A DNA stretch of 64,000 bases from Citricoccus sp. (GCF_032154715.1 NZ_JALDXU010000006.1:2399-66398); one strand, 5' to 3'; positions 44,857-54,491 are shown, numbered from the stretch's first letter. Numbers and translations: made by a program. Notes: generated from the letters alone by a model not told the origin.

Positions 44857-45842
44857 TCACGCTGGTCTTCCAAACGCTTGCTCCAGGAAGTCGGCCGTGA
44901 TCGGGTTCACGGTCTCGTTGCGACGGATGTAGTACTCCCTCATGATCGAGGGGTAACTGTGTCCGAGCAGCTCGAAGGCAAGCTTCAGTCCCCCGATCTC
45001 CTTGATCGCGGTAGCCGCGGTGCGGCGGAACCGCTGCGGGGCGACGTCAAAAGTCTCCGGCTATCTCCATCACATCCCGGAGCTGCCTCCGGATGTTGTT
45101 CGTCGTGTGAGGTGTCCCAACGCGGGTGGAGAACAGCAACGCCTCCGGGTGTGTGAATTGGATTTTCCCGAGCCGCATCTGGATCGCTCAAAGCGCGAAG
45201 CTGGGCAAAGCGGCGCGACTCGACGGACCAAACCACCTTGGGATGGTCCTGACGGTCGGCAGGTTCTCCCTTCCGGTTTACGATCGTTCCGGAGATCCGA
45301 CGAGATCGGGGCATTCAGGTCGAGGTCACCCCCGAGAATACGTCCGGGGTACGAGGGGGCCAGCGTAGCCGGGAGACGTGATCCATCGGATTACGCGGGA
45401 TAATATCGTGGCGCACCGCGAGTGTAAGGGCAAGGCGCATGACGACTCGGGCTTGCCGCGCACGGTTGTAGCTCTGCTTCGCGGGATGCTTGAGGAAATA
45501 GTCGCAGCGGGCCACGGCGATCTCCCGGAGTGTGACGTCCTCGACAAGGGGTAGAACGAGGGCGCGCATGTTGCGCTGGTACAGCAGCCTCGTCGTAGGC
45601 GAGAGGCGATCTTCGAGTTCCATGTCTTCAAGCCAGTAGGGCAGAAGCCCAGGAAATGAGCTGTCTGCGCTCATCCCAGAGATCCTTGAGTGGAAGAGGT
45701 CGCGTTCAACGAGTTTCTTCTTCAACGACTGTTCTGCCGCGGTCCGACTCAGGCCTATGACCTGGACGTTTCGATCTTTGCCATCCCAGTCGCGGTACCG
45801 GAAAAAGTCCGGGCGACTTAGCGTCCGCCGCCTGTACGGCAA
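44857..45842 (-). pseudogene. tyrosine recombinase/phage integrase, disrupted by several frameshifts
   Basis: The N-terminal SAM-like domain is in one frame (45315-45842). The catalytic-domain pieces lie in other frames: LLFSTRVGTPHTTNNIRRQLRDVMEIAGDF, then (shift) FDVAPQRFRRTAATAIKEIGGLKLAFELLGHSYPSIMREYYIRR..., ending at the TGA at 44857-44859. Confidence 0.7.
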
Positions 45843-46061
45843 GTGCTGATGATGCCGAAGGGTCCGATCGGGGTGCGAGGTCTAGCCACGGTTGGCCACC
45901 TCCATGTTGGAGCTGATGCGGAAGGAGACGGCGTAGTGGACGCTGTGAAGTCGTTAGTGCATCCGTCCAGTCTGGCGGGTGAGAGACGACTCCGCCTTCG
46001 CGCAAGAGGAGCCCTGGTTCTGCGGGGTTGTCTTCGAGGCACTCGCTGTAGCGTTGCTTTT

Positions 46062-46628
46062 ATGGATGAGGATCTTGAGGCGATGTACCGGATCCGTCTG
46101 CGCTCGCTCATGTGGGCAGCGGGCTTGTTGAAGGAACTGCGCCACTCTCGTGATGTCGAAGCTGTGGCTGTTGCTGCGAATTGGGGTCTCGACGCTGTAT
46201 ACGACCTCTTCGAGGCATTCATCTTTGCCAAGGATGTCCAGAAGCACATGACGCAAGACGATGTCCTGCTGGCGTCAACTGCGGGCCAAGTGGTCGGTGG
46301 GCTGATGTTCATGCGCGGAGAGAAGACACATCGTGCGAGGCGTGTTGATGCTCCCAGCCCGTTCAAGGATCTGCCTTACGACTTCGCTGGGCTGACTAAC
46401 TGGACGTGGTCCAAGCTCACGACCATGCCGAATGACGGTCGTTACACTCGGCGCGCAGAGTGGTATCAGCAGTACGTCCAGGAACGGCCGCTGTGGGTAC
46501 CACTTGAGTCTGCCGAGTATTGGTTTCTTAAGAATTGGCCAGCCGAAGTCCCTCGCTCCAAGATCATTGAAACCTCCGACTGGGTGGATGGCATGCGCCC
46601 GTTCTACGCCTCTGGTTCAGATGCGTAG
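46062..46628 (+). CDS. hypothetical protein (no recognisable domain)
   Basis: This is a 188-aa ORF starting at MDEDLEAMYRIRL. Its composition matches the island and it diverges from the integrase remnant. I recognise no motifs. Confidence 0.5.
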   Translation: MDEDLEAMYRIRLRSLMWAAGLLKELRHSRDVEAVAVAANWGLDAVYDLFEAFIFAKDVQKHMTQDDVLLASTAGQVVGGLMFMRGEKTHRARRVDAPSPFKDLPYDFAGLTNWTWSKLTTMPNDGRYTRRAEWYQQYVQERPLWVPLESAEYWFLKNWPAEVPRSKIIETSDWVDGMRPFYASGSDA

Positions 46629-46876
46629 AACTGCGGCCGGGCCCAAAAAGTGGCGATGAGAATTGCCTCACTTCAAGTGCTTGGTGTGTCCGGCGCTGCT
46701 GTGCACTCGCATCTCACGGCCCTGCGCACGAATTAGCAGCACGAAGCTCCACGGTCCGACGAGGATGGACTTGAGCGCGTTCCACAGGGCAAGGAGGAAC
46801 AAGAGAAATAACCGCCTACTCCACCCATGTCCAATGAGCCCGGTACAGGGCACATCGATCAGCAGGTAGATGACGC

Positions 46877-47211
46877 CTATGAGCATCGCGGGGACGCCCC
46901 ATTTGAGGCCTCGCAGGGACCAGAGGGCGTCATGGTCATTTCTGGTAACGAGACGATCGCTCCCGTGGTCATAGCCGCGGAGGCCAGTGCCAACGTCCGG
47001 GTGACCAGGGCCGTCGTCGGCAGGCTGGTGATCACCACGTCCGCCGGGGCACCGCCTCTTCCAGGCACTCCGCCCGAGTGGCACCGGCAGCCAAGCACCG
47101 ATCCATGGGGCCTGCATCCAAGCCGAACACTGTGACCTCGACGCCGTCCTGGGCCAGTCGCCGGGCGACGGCGCCGCCCATGTTTCCCACACCGATACTG
47201 GCTAATTTCAT
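46877..47211 (-). pseudogene. NAD(P)-dependent oxidoreductase (3-hydroxyisobutyrate dehydrogenase-like), frameshifted and 3'-truncated
   Basis: An AAGGAG RBS precedes MKLASIGVGNMGGAVARRLAQDGVEVTVF..., which stops after 59 aa. The sequence continues in another frame as ADVVITSLPTTALV... and then is lost. The fragment is below the track ORF size cut-off. Confidence 0.55.
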
Positions 47212-47596
47212 GTCAACTCCTTGTGCTGAGAGTGTTCTGTTGACTGATGGGGCGGCCTCGCCGGCGCCGATCCATGCTGGCCAGTGGTGCCCTGACCTGG
47301 ATGCTGCCGGATTAGACCGAAAGCGTGGTGGCGACGTAGCAAATGGCCCGGAACTCCTCGAGGTCCTCGGGCAATCGAGTCCTGACCCAGACCCAGGGAG
47401 TCCTCAATGACAACTTTGTGGAGGGAATGCGATCCACCCGGGACGCGCCAGGGCGTCTCGAACAGTCTCGGGGCTAGCACCAGGCAATTTTCGGCGCCCT
47501 GATCGCCGCGGAAGGCCCGCGGCCACCGAAGCGCCGCGTCCACGGGGCAAGCGACACCGCCTAGGCTTTGAAGGTGCACTGACCCCGCTGAGAAAC

Positions 47597-47991
47597 TTGA
47601 CGTGGCCACGCACCAGAGAGGGCCCGGATGCGCCTCGAACGGCCAGGGTTTCGCTTCGAGACGGAGTATGGCGTGATCACCCCTCCGGTGTCACAGCCGA
47701 GACCGCCAACATGGCCCGCCTCATTCGCGACGCCGACTTCCTGGTCCACGTGGTCGTCTCAACATGGGCTACTACCGGGACTAGGACTCCAGGGAGGAGT
47801 TCCTGCACTACCTGGAGTCCAGCAACACGACGCCCGAGCGGATCAGGCGGATCGCCTCCGACGCAGGGGTCAAAAAGGTGTTGGTCAGCCACATCGCCGG
47901 GGTCTCCACGGACGCCGGCCCGGCCGACATCGCCGAATTCTACGACGGGCCGTACACCCTGGCCGCCGACCGGCAGATCTTCAGCATCTGA
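47597..47991 (+). pseudogene. MBL-fold metallo-hydrolase C-terminal fragment with frameshifts
   Basis: The pieces FRFETEYGVIT / SGVTAETANMARLIRDADFLVHVV / EEFLHYLESSNTTPERIRRIASDAGVKKVLVSHIAG...IFSI* lie in different frames. Confidence 0.45.
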
Positions 47992-48027
47992 CACCAGGAC
48001 TGAAGCCGCGGTTCACTCAGACCCGAC

Positions 48028-48822
48028 CTACTGCGCCACGTAACCGCCATCCACGGACCACACGGCGCCGGTGACGAAGGACGCGGCGTCGGAGGCCAGG
48101 AAGCAGATGACCTCGGCGACCTCCTTGGGGGTGCCCAGACGGCCGATCGGTTGACGGTCGGTCATCTGGGCGCGTACCGACTCGTCCAGTCCGGCGGTCA
48201 ACGGTGTCTCCACGTACCCCGGTGCCACCGCGTTCACCCGGATCCCCGACTGCGCATAGCCCAGCCCGGCCGAGCGGACCAGGTTGGCCACCCCGGCCTT
48301 CGCCGCCGAGTACGGCGCCGAGCCGGCCTGGCCGACCAGCCCGAGGATCGAGGAGACCGCGACGACGGCCCCGGAACCCTGAGCATCCATGTGCCGCAGC
48401 CCGTGCTTCATGGACAGCGCCACCCCGGTCAAGTCGATGTCCAGCACGGTGCGCCAGTGGTCCAGGTCCAGCTCGTGCAGCGGACCCTTGCGCTCGGCGA
48501 TGCCGGCGTTGGCCACCAGCACATCCACGCTGCCCGACTCACCAGCCGCGACGCCAACATCAGCCCCGAACTCAGCAGCGACGTCCATCAGTGCCGCCAC
48601 GGACTCCTCGTCGGTCACGTCGGCGCGCACGGACAAGGCCCGGCCACCGTCAGCCTCGACCTGGGCCACCACGTCGGCAGCTCGCGGGTCGACGTCGCCG
48701 ATCACCACGGCCGTGCCGCGGGCGGCCAGCATGCGGGCGGTGGCTGCCCCGATGCCCCCGGCCGCACCGGTTACCACGGCGGTGCGCCCCGCGAACGGAG
48801 AGGGGTTCACTCCAAGGCTCAA
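48028..48822 (-). CDS. SDR family oxidoreductase
   Basis: TGAAGGIG, NAG and the YSAAK catalytic motif are present. The start overlaps the upstream stop. Confidence 0.9.
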   Translation of the reverse strand: MSLGVNPSPFAGRTAVVTGAAGGIGAATARMLAARGTAVVIGDVDPRAADVVAQVEADGGRALSVRADVTDEESVAALMDVAAEFGADVGVAAGESGSVDVLVANAGIAERKGPLHELDLDHWRTVLDIDLTGVALSMKHGLRHMDAQGSGAVVAVSSILGLVGQAGSAPYSAAKAGVANLVRSAGLGYAQSGIRVNAVAPGYVETPLTAGLDESVRAQMTDRQPIGRLGTPKEVAEVICFLASDAASFVTGAVWSVDGGYVAQ

Positions 48823-50621
48823 GCCTGGACCTCCATAGCCCGCCTCAGCGCCTCCGGCTGACCGGACTCGGCCGCCAGCTCGGCGATGTCCCGGCCCATG
48901 CGGTAGCCGAACACCAGGGCTGGGCCGATGTGCGAGCCGTAGCCCGGGTAGCCGCCCCCGAACACCGACACGGCCGCGGCGCCGACGGAGTACAGCCCCG
49001 GGATCCGCGAGCCGTCCTCGCGCACCACGGCATGCCGCGAGTCCACATCGATCCCGGCGAACGTCCCCAGGTCCCCCATGCGCATCTTGGCCGCGTAGAA
49101 GGGGCCCTTATCGATGGTCGCCAGGTTCGGATTGGGCTGGTGGTCCATGTCCCCACGGAAGTGGTTGTACGCGGTGGACCCGCGCCCGAACTCGGTGTCC
49201 TCCCCCGCCACGGCATCCCGGTTGAACCGCTCCAGCGTCGAGGCCAGCCCGGCCGCATCCACCCCGATCTTCTCCGCCAACTCGGCCACGGTCTCGCCCT
49301 TAACCAGGTAATCCGCGGCATAGAACAGCTGGCGCGGAATCGGCGTGGGCTTGGCGAAACCGATGCCGTACTTGCGCATGAGCTTCTCATCGCCCACGAT
49401 CCACGCGTAGACGGACTCCTCGTCCTTCATGTGGTCCAGCATCTGCCGGCCGAAGTCGTGGTAACTCAGCGCCTCATTGCCGAAGCGCTTGCCGTGCTTG
49501 TCCACCGTGATCATGCCGGGCAGGCCGATCTGGCGCAGGTGCGGGAACAGCCGCTGCCTACGCGTGACCAGGTCCTTGAACACCGTCACCGGCGCCCAGG
49601 AGGCCACCGAGGACACCGCGGTGCTGATCCGCCCGCCGACGGCCATCGCCATGCGCGCCGAGGAACCGTCATGACCCTGGGTGGGGGTGAAGTGCTCCCG
49701 ACCGTCGGGGTCGTGGGGGAAGTACTGCCGGCGCAACTCCTCGTCCCCGGTGAACCCGCCGCCGGCCAGCACCACGCCCAGCCTGGCCTTGACCCGGCCC
49801 GCGCGTTCCCCGCCGATGATCGCGCCGGTGACCGCGCCGTCGTCGTTCACCACCAGCTCCTGCACCGGAGTATTCGTCCACACCCGCACCCCGACGTCCA
49901 ACGCGGAGGCGACCATGCGGGTCATCAAGGCCGAACCGTTGGTGCGCTTGAGGGGCTGCTGGAACAGGGCGGTGTCCACCCAGGTGCGAAGCAGCTTGGA
50001 CGCGGTGTAGGTGAAGGCCTTCACGGACTGGTTGGCCTTCAGGATCGTCGCCATGTCCGGGCCGACCTGAGGCATGTAACCGAACACCGTGTACGAGCTC
50101 AGGTAGGGCTGCAGCTCCTTGCGGCGGGACCCCAGCATGCGGATGTCCGCGTCGGACGGCAGGATGGCGCGCCCGCCCAACCGAGCTCCCGGCAGGTCCA
50201 TCTGGTAGTCGGGAGCCTTCTCCGGGCAGGAAAACACCACGGAGGTGTTGTCCTCGAAGAAGTCGATGGCCTCGGGGACGGTGTCCAGGAACCCGGCCAC
50301 GCCCTCCTCGTTGTAGTAGTCGCCGGACAGCGCCTTCAGATAGGTCTCCGCTTCCTCGCGGGTGTCACCGGTGGCCGCTGCGCCCTTCGGGTTGCCCGGC
50401 ACCCAGGACCACCCCGCGGACAGCGCCGTGGTGCCGCCGAAGTGCGGGGACTTCTCCGCCACGATCACGTTCAGCCCGTCATGGGCGGCCCGCAGAGCGG
50501 TGGCCATCCCGGCGGCACCGGAGCCGACCACCAGCACGTCGCACTGGTGGATGTGCTGGATGGGGGTGTTCTCAGTCATGTGTTCTCCAGAGGTCGGGGA
50601 AGGGTTCGAGGTGTTCGCCAT
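48819..50621 (-). CDS. FAD-dependent oxidoreductase (3-ketosteroid dehydrogenase/fumarate reductase flavoprotein-like, FAD_binding_2)
   Basis: DVLVVGSGAAGMATAL...EKSPHFGGTTALSAG is a dinucleotide-binding N-terminus. An alternative start is the ATG at 50579. Confidence 0.85.
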   Translation of the reverse strand: MANTSNPSPTSGEHMTENTPIQHIHQCDVLVVGSGAAGMATALRAAHDGLNVIVAEKSPHFGGTTALSAGWSWVPGNPKGAAATGDTREEAETYLKALSGDYYNEEGVAGFLDTVPEAIDFFEDNTSVVFSCPEKAPDYQMDLPGARLGGRAILPSDADIRMLGSRRKELQPYLSSYTVFGYMPQVGPDMATILKANQSVKAFTYTASKLLRTWVDTALFQQPLKRTNGSALMTRMVASALDVGVRVWTNTPVQELVVNDDGAVTGAIIGGERAGRVKARLGVVLAGGGFTGDEELRRQYFPHDPDGREHFTPTQGHDGSSARMAMAVGGRISTAVSSVASWAPVTVFKDLVTRRQRLFPHLRQIGLPGMITVDKHGKRFGNEALSYHDFGRQMLDHMKDEESVYAWIVGDEKLMRKYGIGFAKPTPIPRQLFYAADYLVKGETVAELAEKIGVDAAGLASTLERFNRDAVAGEDTEFGRGSTAYNHFRGDMDHQPNPNLATIDKGPFYAAKMRMGDLGTFAGIDVDSRHAVVREDGSRIPGLYSVGAAAVSVFGGGYPGYGSHIGPALVFGYRMGRDIAELAAESGQPEALRRAMEVQA

Positions 50622-50623
50622 GG

Positions 50624-52039
50624 TTAGATCCGGCCGGCGCCCTTGAGGTACGGCTCGCCGAGTCCCTGGATCGGGGTGTGGGCGGTCTCCCGGGAGCTGA
50701 AGCAGGCCACGGCGGCGATGAGGGCCACCACGCAGCCAAAGATCGCCACCGGGACCCAGCCGAACGCGCCGGCGCCGAGCAGCATGCCGCCGATCATCGG
50801 ACCGAAGCCGGCCAGGATCAGGCCCAGCTGGTTGCCCATCGCCATGCCGGTGTAGCGGACCGGGGCGGCGAACAGCTCACCGAAGAACGAGGGCCAGATC
50901 CCGTTGAAGCCGGAGTACAGCACGGTCATGAAGAGCATCGAGGCGGCGAACACCAACCAGATGTTGCCGGTGCCCAAGGCCAGGAAGTACAGGAAGATGG
51001 AGACCGAACAGCCGATCATGGCGGTCAGCATCAGCGGTTTGCGGCCGATCCGGTCCGAGAGCTTGCCGGCGAACGGCATGACCGCCATGGATAGGCCGAT
51101 GGCCACCGCATTGACGGTGAGGATGTCCGTGCGCTCGAATCCGCCCTGGTCCACGGCGTAGGACAGGCCGAACACGGTGAAGATCGTCTGCATCACGGAG
51201 AACGCGGACATCAGCAGAACTCGGAACACGTCCCCGCCCTGGTACTTCAGCACCTCGCCGGCGGGCAGCTTCTTCACCTCGCCGGCCTCGGCCACCTCTT
51301 CCTCGAAGACCGGGGTCTCGTCCAGTTTGGTTCGCACCCAGAAGGCGATGGCCAGCACGAAGATGGAGAGCAGGAACGGGATCCGCCAGCCCCAGCTCAT
51401 CAGGGCCTCCTCCGGCAGGGCCGCGATGGGGATGAACACGATGGTGGAGAGCACCATGCCCGCGGCGTAGCCCATCATCACGAAGGAGGTGAAGAAGCCG
51501 CGGCGGCCCTCCGGGGAGTGCTCGATCGTCAGCGAGGACGCCCCCGCGGATTCGGCGCCGGCGGAGAAGCCCTGGGCCAATCGGGCGACCACCAGCAGGA
51601 CGGTGGCCCAGATGCCGATCGAGTCAAAGGTCGGCAGCAGGCCGATCGCCAACGAGGCCAGGCCCATGATCAGCAGGGTCACCAGCAGCACGTTCTTGCG
51701 TCCCAGCCGGTCACCGAAGTGGCCCATCACCAGGCCGCCGAGCGGACGGGCGATGTAAGCCACGCCGAAGGTGGCGAAGGAGGCGATCGCCGCGATGGCC
51801 GGGTCGCCGCCCGGGAAGAACAGCTGCGGGAACACCAGGGCGGCGGCGGTGCCGTAGATGAAGAAGTCGTAGTACTCCATGGTGGAGCCCAGGAAGGAGG
51901 CCAGGGCCGCCTTCTTGGGCGTCCGCTTGGCGTCGAGCGCGTCCAGCGTGGCCCGCTCCGCCATCGGGTCCTGCGGGTGCAGTGGATCGTTCGCGGGCTG
52001 ACGATGCTGTCCCGCGGTGCGGGGAGTGGTGGTGCTCAT
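50624..52039 (-). CDS. MFS transporter (metabolite:H+ symporter family-like)
   Basis: The protein has 12 TM segments and an MHS-type GDRLGRK motif. Confidence 0.85.
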   Translation of the reverse strand: MSTTTPRTAGQHRQPANDPLHPQDPMAERATLDALDAKRTPKKAALASFLGSTMEYYDFFIYGTAAALVFPQLFFPGGDPAIAAIASFATFGVAYIARPLGGLVMGHFGDRLGRKNVLLVTLLIMGLASLAIGLLPTFDSIGIWATVLLVVARLAQGFSAGAESAGASSLTIEHSPEGRRGFFTSFVMMGYAAGMVLSTIVFIPIAALPEEALMSWGWRIPFLLSIFVLAIAFWVRTKLDETPVFEEEVAEAGEVKKLPAGEVLKYQGGDVFRVLLMSAFSVMQTIFTVFGLSYAVDQGGFERTDILTVNAVAIGLSMAVMPFAGKLSDRIGRKPLMLTAMIGCSVSIFLYFLALGTGNIWLVFAASMLFMTVLYSGFNGIWPSFFGELFAAPVRYTGMAMGNQLGLILAGFGPMIGGMLLGAGAFGWVPVAIFGCVVALIAAVACFSSRETAHTPIQGLGEPYLKGAGRI

Positions 52040-52374
52040 GAGGGGTCCTTGGGGGTGTGGGAGGACGGGGCGTCCTGCTCGGTGCTGATCTCCAGGTCCA
52101 CGTAGGCCAGGTCCCGCACGTTCGGCAGGGAGAACGGCTTGATGGCCTCATGGAGGGGGTGGGTGTTGTAGACGGCGAGGGCGTCACGGTCCTCGAAGTC
52201 GGCGATGATGACGTGGTCCCAGGACTTGTCCGTCTTCAGGACGTCGGGTCCGTGGTCCAGGGCGAGCAGGCCGGGGATGGCGCCCCTCAGGCCCTCCAAT
52301 CCGTCGATCCACAGCGCGCGGATCGCCTCCGTGAAGCTGTCCTTCCAGCGGAACATCACGATGTGCCGGATCAT
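52036..52374 (-). CDS. Dabb (stress-responsive dimeric alpha-beta barrel) family protein
   Basis: MIRHIVMFRWKD...DHVIIADFEDRDALAVYNTHPLHE. Both ends have ATGA overlaps. Confidence 0.8.
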   Translation of the reverse strand: MIRHIVMFRWKDSFTEAIRALWIDGLEGLRGAIPGLLALDHGPDVLKTDKSWDHVIIADFEDRDALAVYNTHPLHEAIKPFSLPNVRDLAYVDLEISTEQDAPSSHTPKDPS

Positions 52375-54179
52375 GCGGACACCTCCTCGAGGTCCCGCGA
52401 ACCGGGCCGGGCAGCGCCCGGAGCGCGGCCGGCGTCGTGCCCGGTGCTGCCCACATACTCCGCCGGCTGGCCGGCCAGGGTGCGGCCGGCGAGGTAAGCC
52501 ATCGTCATGAGCGGGCCGAGGGTGGCCCCGGCGCCGGGGTAGCCGGCGGCGTAGGGACTCTCGGTGGTGTTGCCCGCGGCGAACAGGCCGGCGATCGGTG
52601 CGCCGTCGACGTCGAGCACCTGGCCGTGGCCGTCCGTGGCCACACCACCGCAGGTGCCGAAGGCGCCGTTGACCACCTCGAGGGCGTAGTAGGGGCCGTA
52701 CTGCAGCGGGCCGAGGGAGGGGTTGGGCCAGGCGTTGTCCGCGTCCCCCCAGTAGCGGTCGTACTCGGAGGTGCCACGGCCGAAGTCCGGATCCTCGCCT
52801 TCAACCGCGTGCGTGTTGAACCGGGCGACAGTGGCCTCGAGGGCCTCCACGGGGACGCCGATCTTCACGGCGAGCTCGCCCAGGGTGGGTGCCTCGACGA
52901 GATAGTCAGGGGTCGGCTGGCCGGCGCGGTGATCCATCAGGCCGTAGCGCTCCAGATACGACTGGTCGAAGACCACGTGCGCCGGCGTGTTCAGCGTCTG
53001 GTTCTGCGCGGAGTCCCAGGACTGCAGCACACGCGCCAGGTCGTTGTAATTCTGCGCCTCGTTGGCGAAGCGCTGCCCGTGGCGGTTGACCATGATGGAG
53101 CCCGGGCCCTGGCGCTCGAAGCGCAACAGGTTCCCCACCGGCTCGCCGTCCCGCAGGGTGCCGACCACGGACATCGGTGCCCACCAGGCCTCGCGGGTAC
53201 CGCGGGTCATGGCGCCGATGCGCTGGACCATCTTCAGGGCGTCGCCGGTGTTCGAGGGCGGGGAGCACATCGTGTAGAGGCGGGTGGCGAGCATCGAGTC
53301 GGCCAGTGACTTGTCCCATTCGAAGCCGCCGGCCGCCAGCATTACGCCGGCGTTCGCTTGGATCTCGGTGCCGTCCTGAAGCACGACGCCGGCCACGCGC
53401 CCCGCGCTGGCCCCTCCCCCTGGCGCTGTGCGGGCAGAAGCCATCGGTTCGTTCTGGCCGGACAGTGAATGGTCGGGGCCGGCGTCCTCGGTGGTGGTGA
53501 TGAGGCGCTCCACGCGGGCCTCGATGGCGAACTGCACGCCGTGGTCCAGGCAGGCCTTGAGGAGCATGGCGGCGAGGGCATGGCCCTTGGCCGCGAAACC
53601 GTTGGCCTGGCGAGCGTTGAGCTCGTCCCACGGAAAGGCGGTGAACGCCCCCCAGTCCTCGTACTCCTGCATGGTGTACGGGTGGCGGCCGTCGGAGCGG
53701 ACGTGCTCGGCGATCGGGCCGAGGGCCTCGCGGTAGTTGAAGAGTTCGGGTTCCACGGTGCGCCCGCCGGTCACGGCTCCGGGCAGGTCCTGGCGGTAGT
53801 CCGGGAAGTTGTCCAGGAAGATGAAGCGCACGCCGAGCTCGTCCTCGGCGAAGCGGAGCATGGTGTCCCCGTGATCCAGGGCGGCGTCCAGCAGTTCGGC
53901 CCGGCCCCGGCCGCGGGCCACGGCCTCCACGTACTCGCGGCCGGCCTGCTTGGAATCGGCGATCCCCGCCTCGCGGGCGTAGTGGTTGTCCACCACCCAC
54001 AGCATGCCGCCGGAGACGGCGGAGGTGCCGCCGAGCAGCGCGGACTTCTCCAGCACGATCACGGACAGTCCGGCGCGGGCGGCCGTGGCTGCGGCGGTCA
54101 GCGCGGCGGCGCCGGAGCCGACCACGACGACGTCATAGCGGCCGGCGTTCTCAGTGGAGTCTGCGGTAAGCAGGCGCAT
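52371..54179 (-). CDS. FAD-dependent oxidoreductase (KstD-like, FAD_binding_2), paralogue of 48819-50621
   Basis: YDVVVVGSGAAALTAAATAARAGLSVIVLEKSALLGGTSAVSGG. This is the first gene of the 5-gene operon. Confidence 0.85.
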   Translation of the reverse strand: MRLLTADSTENAGRYDVVVVGSGAAALTAAATAARAGLSVIVLEKSALLGGTSAVSGGMLWVVDNHYAREAGIADSKQAGREYVEAVARGRGRAELLDAALDHGDTMLRFAEDELGVRFIFLDNFPDYRQDLPGAVTGGRTVEPELFNYREALGPIAEHVRSDGRHPYTMQEYEDWGAFTAFPWDELNARQANGFAAKGHALAAMLLKACLDHGVQFAIEARVERLITTTEDAGPDHSLSGQNEPMASARTAPGGGASAGRVAGVVLQDGTEIQANAGVMLAAGGFEWDKSLADSMLATRLYTMCSPPSNTGDALKMVQRIGAMTRGTREAWWAPMSVVGTLRDGEPVGNLLRFERQGPGSIMVNRHGQRFANEAQNYNDLARVLQSWDSAQNQTLNTPAHVVFDQSYLERYGLMDHRAGQPTPDYLVEAPTLGELAVKIGVPVEALEATVARFNTHAVEGEDPDFGRGTSEYDRYWGDADNAWPNPSLGPLQYGPYYALEVVNGAFGTCGGVATDGHGQVLDVDGAPIAGLFAAGNTTESPYAAGYPGAGATLGPLMTMAYLAGRTLAGQPAEYVGSTGHDAGRAPGAARPGSRDLEEVSA

Positions 54180-54491
54180 GGGTGGTTCCTTCGATCAACG
54201 GTGGTTCTGGGGTGTTCTGGAGTAGTTCGGCGCGACCCGAAGCCATGACCCAGAGCGTGACACCGATCACAACTCCGCCGAGAGGGGGTGTCCCATTGAT
54301 CCGAACACCGGGGTCCGTTCAACGGGACGGCGTGATGCACCCACGGTGGCGGGCGTCGGCGAGGCAGGAATATAGCCGGGCCGCGGAGCAGCCACCGGGT
54401 CATACCCAGGTCGATGCCCATGGGCTCGCAGAACGTTCGGCGACACCGAAAATGTGATCCAGCTTCCATTTAAGCCGAAGCAGTACTACCG

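Larger units (their letters stand above)
39000..47600. mobile_element. AT-richer genomic (defence) island with a degraded integrase; borders approximate
   Basis: Base composition drops visibly. For example, the 60-nt line at 41521 has 26 G+C, against 46 of 60 in the line at 35101. Contents are defence-type genes and a frameshifted tyrosine integrase, with truncated housekeeping-type genes on the right flank. I could not identify att repeats or a tRNA. Confidence 0.45.

Noticed and set aside
38986-47700. Searched for a tRNA/tmRNA integration target and att direct repeats at the island borders.
   Set aside because: I found no cloverleaf-like T-arm (GGTTCGAAT-type) or acceptor stem by eye, and no obvious long direct repeat. 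I cannot exclude short att sites without a computational repeat search.
48204-50627. An 807-aa plus-strand ORF covering the SDR and FAD-oxidoreductase region.
   Set aside because: It is antisense to two genes with clear Rossmann, FAD and SDR motifs, and its product is Arg/Pro/Gly-rich. It is a GC-driven open frame.
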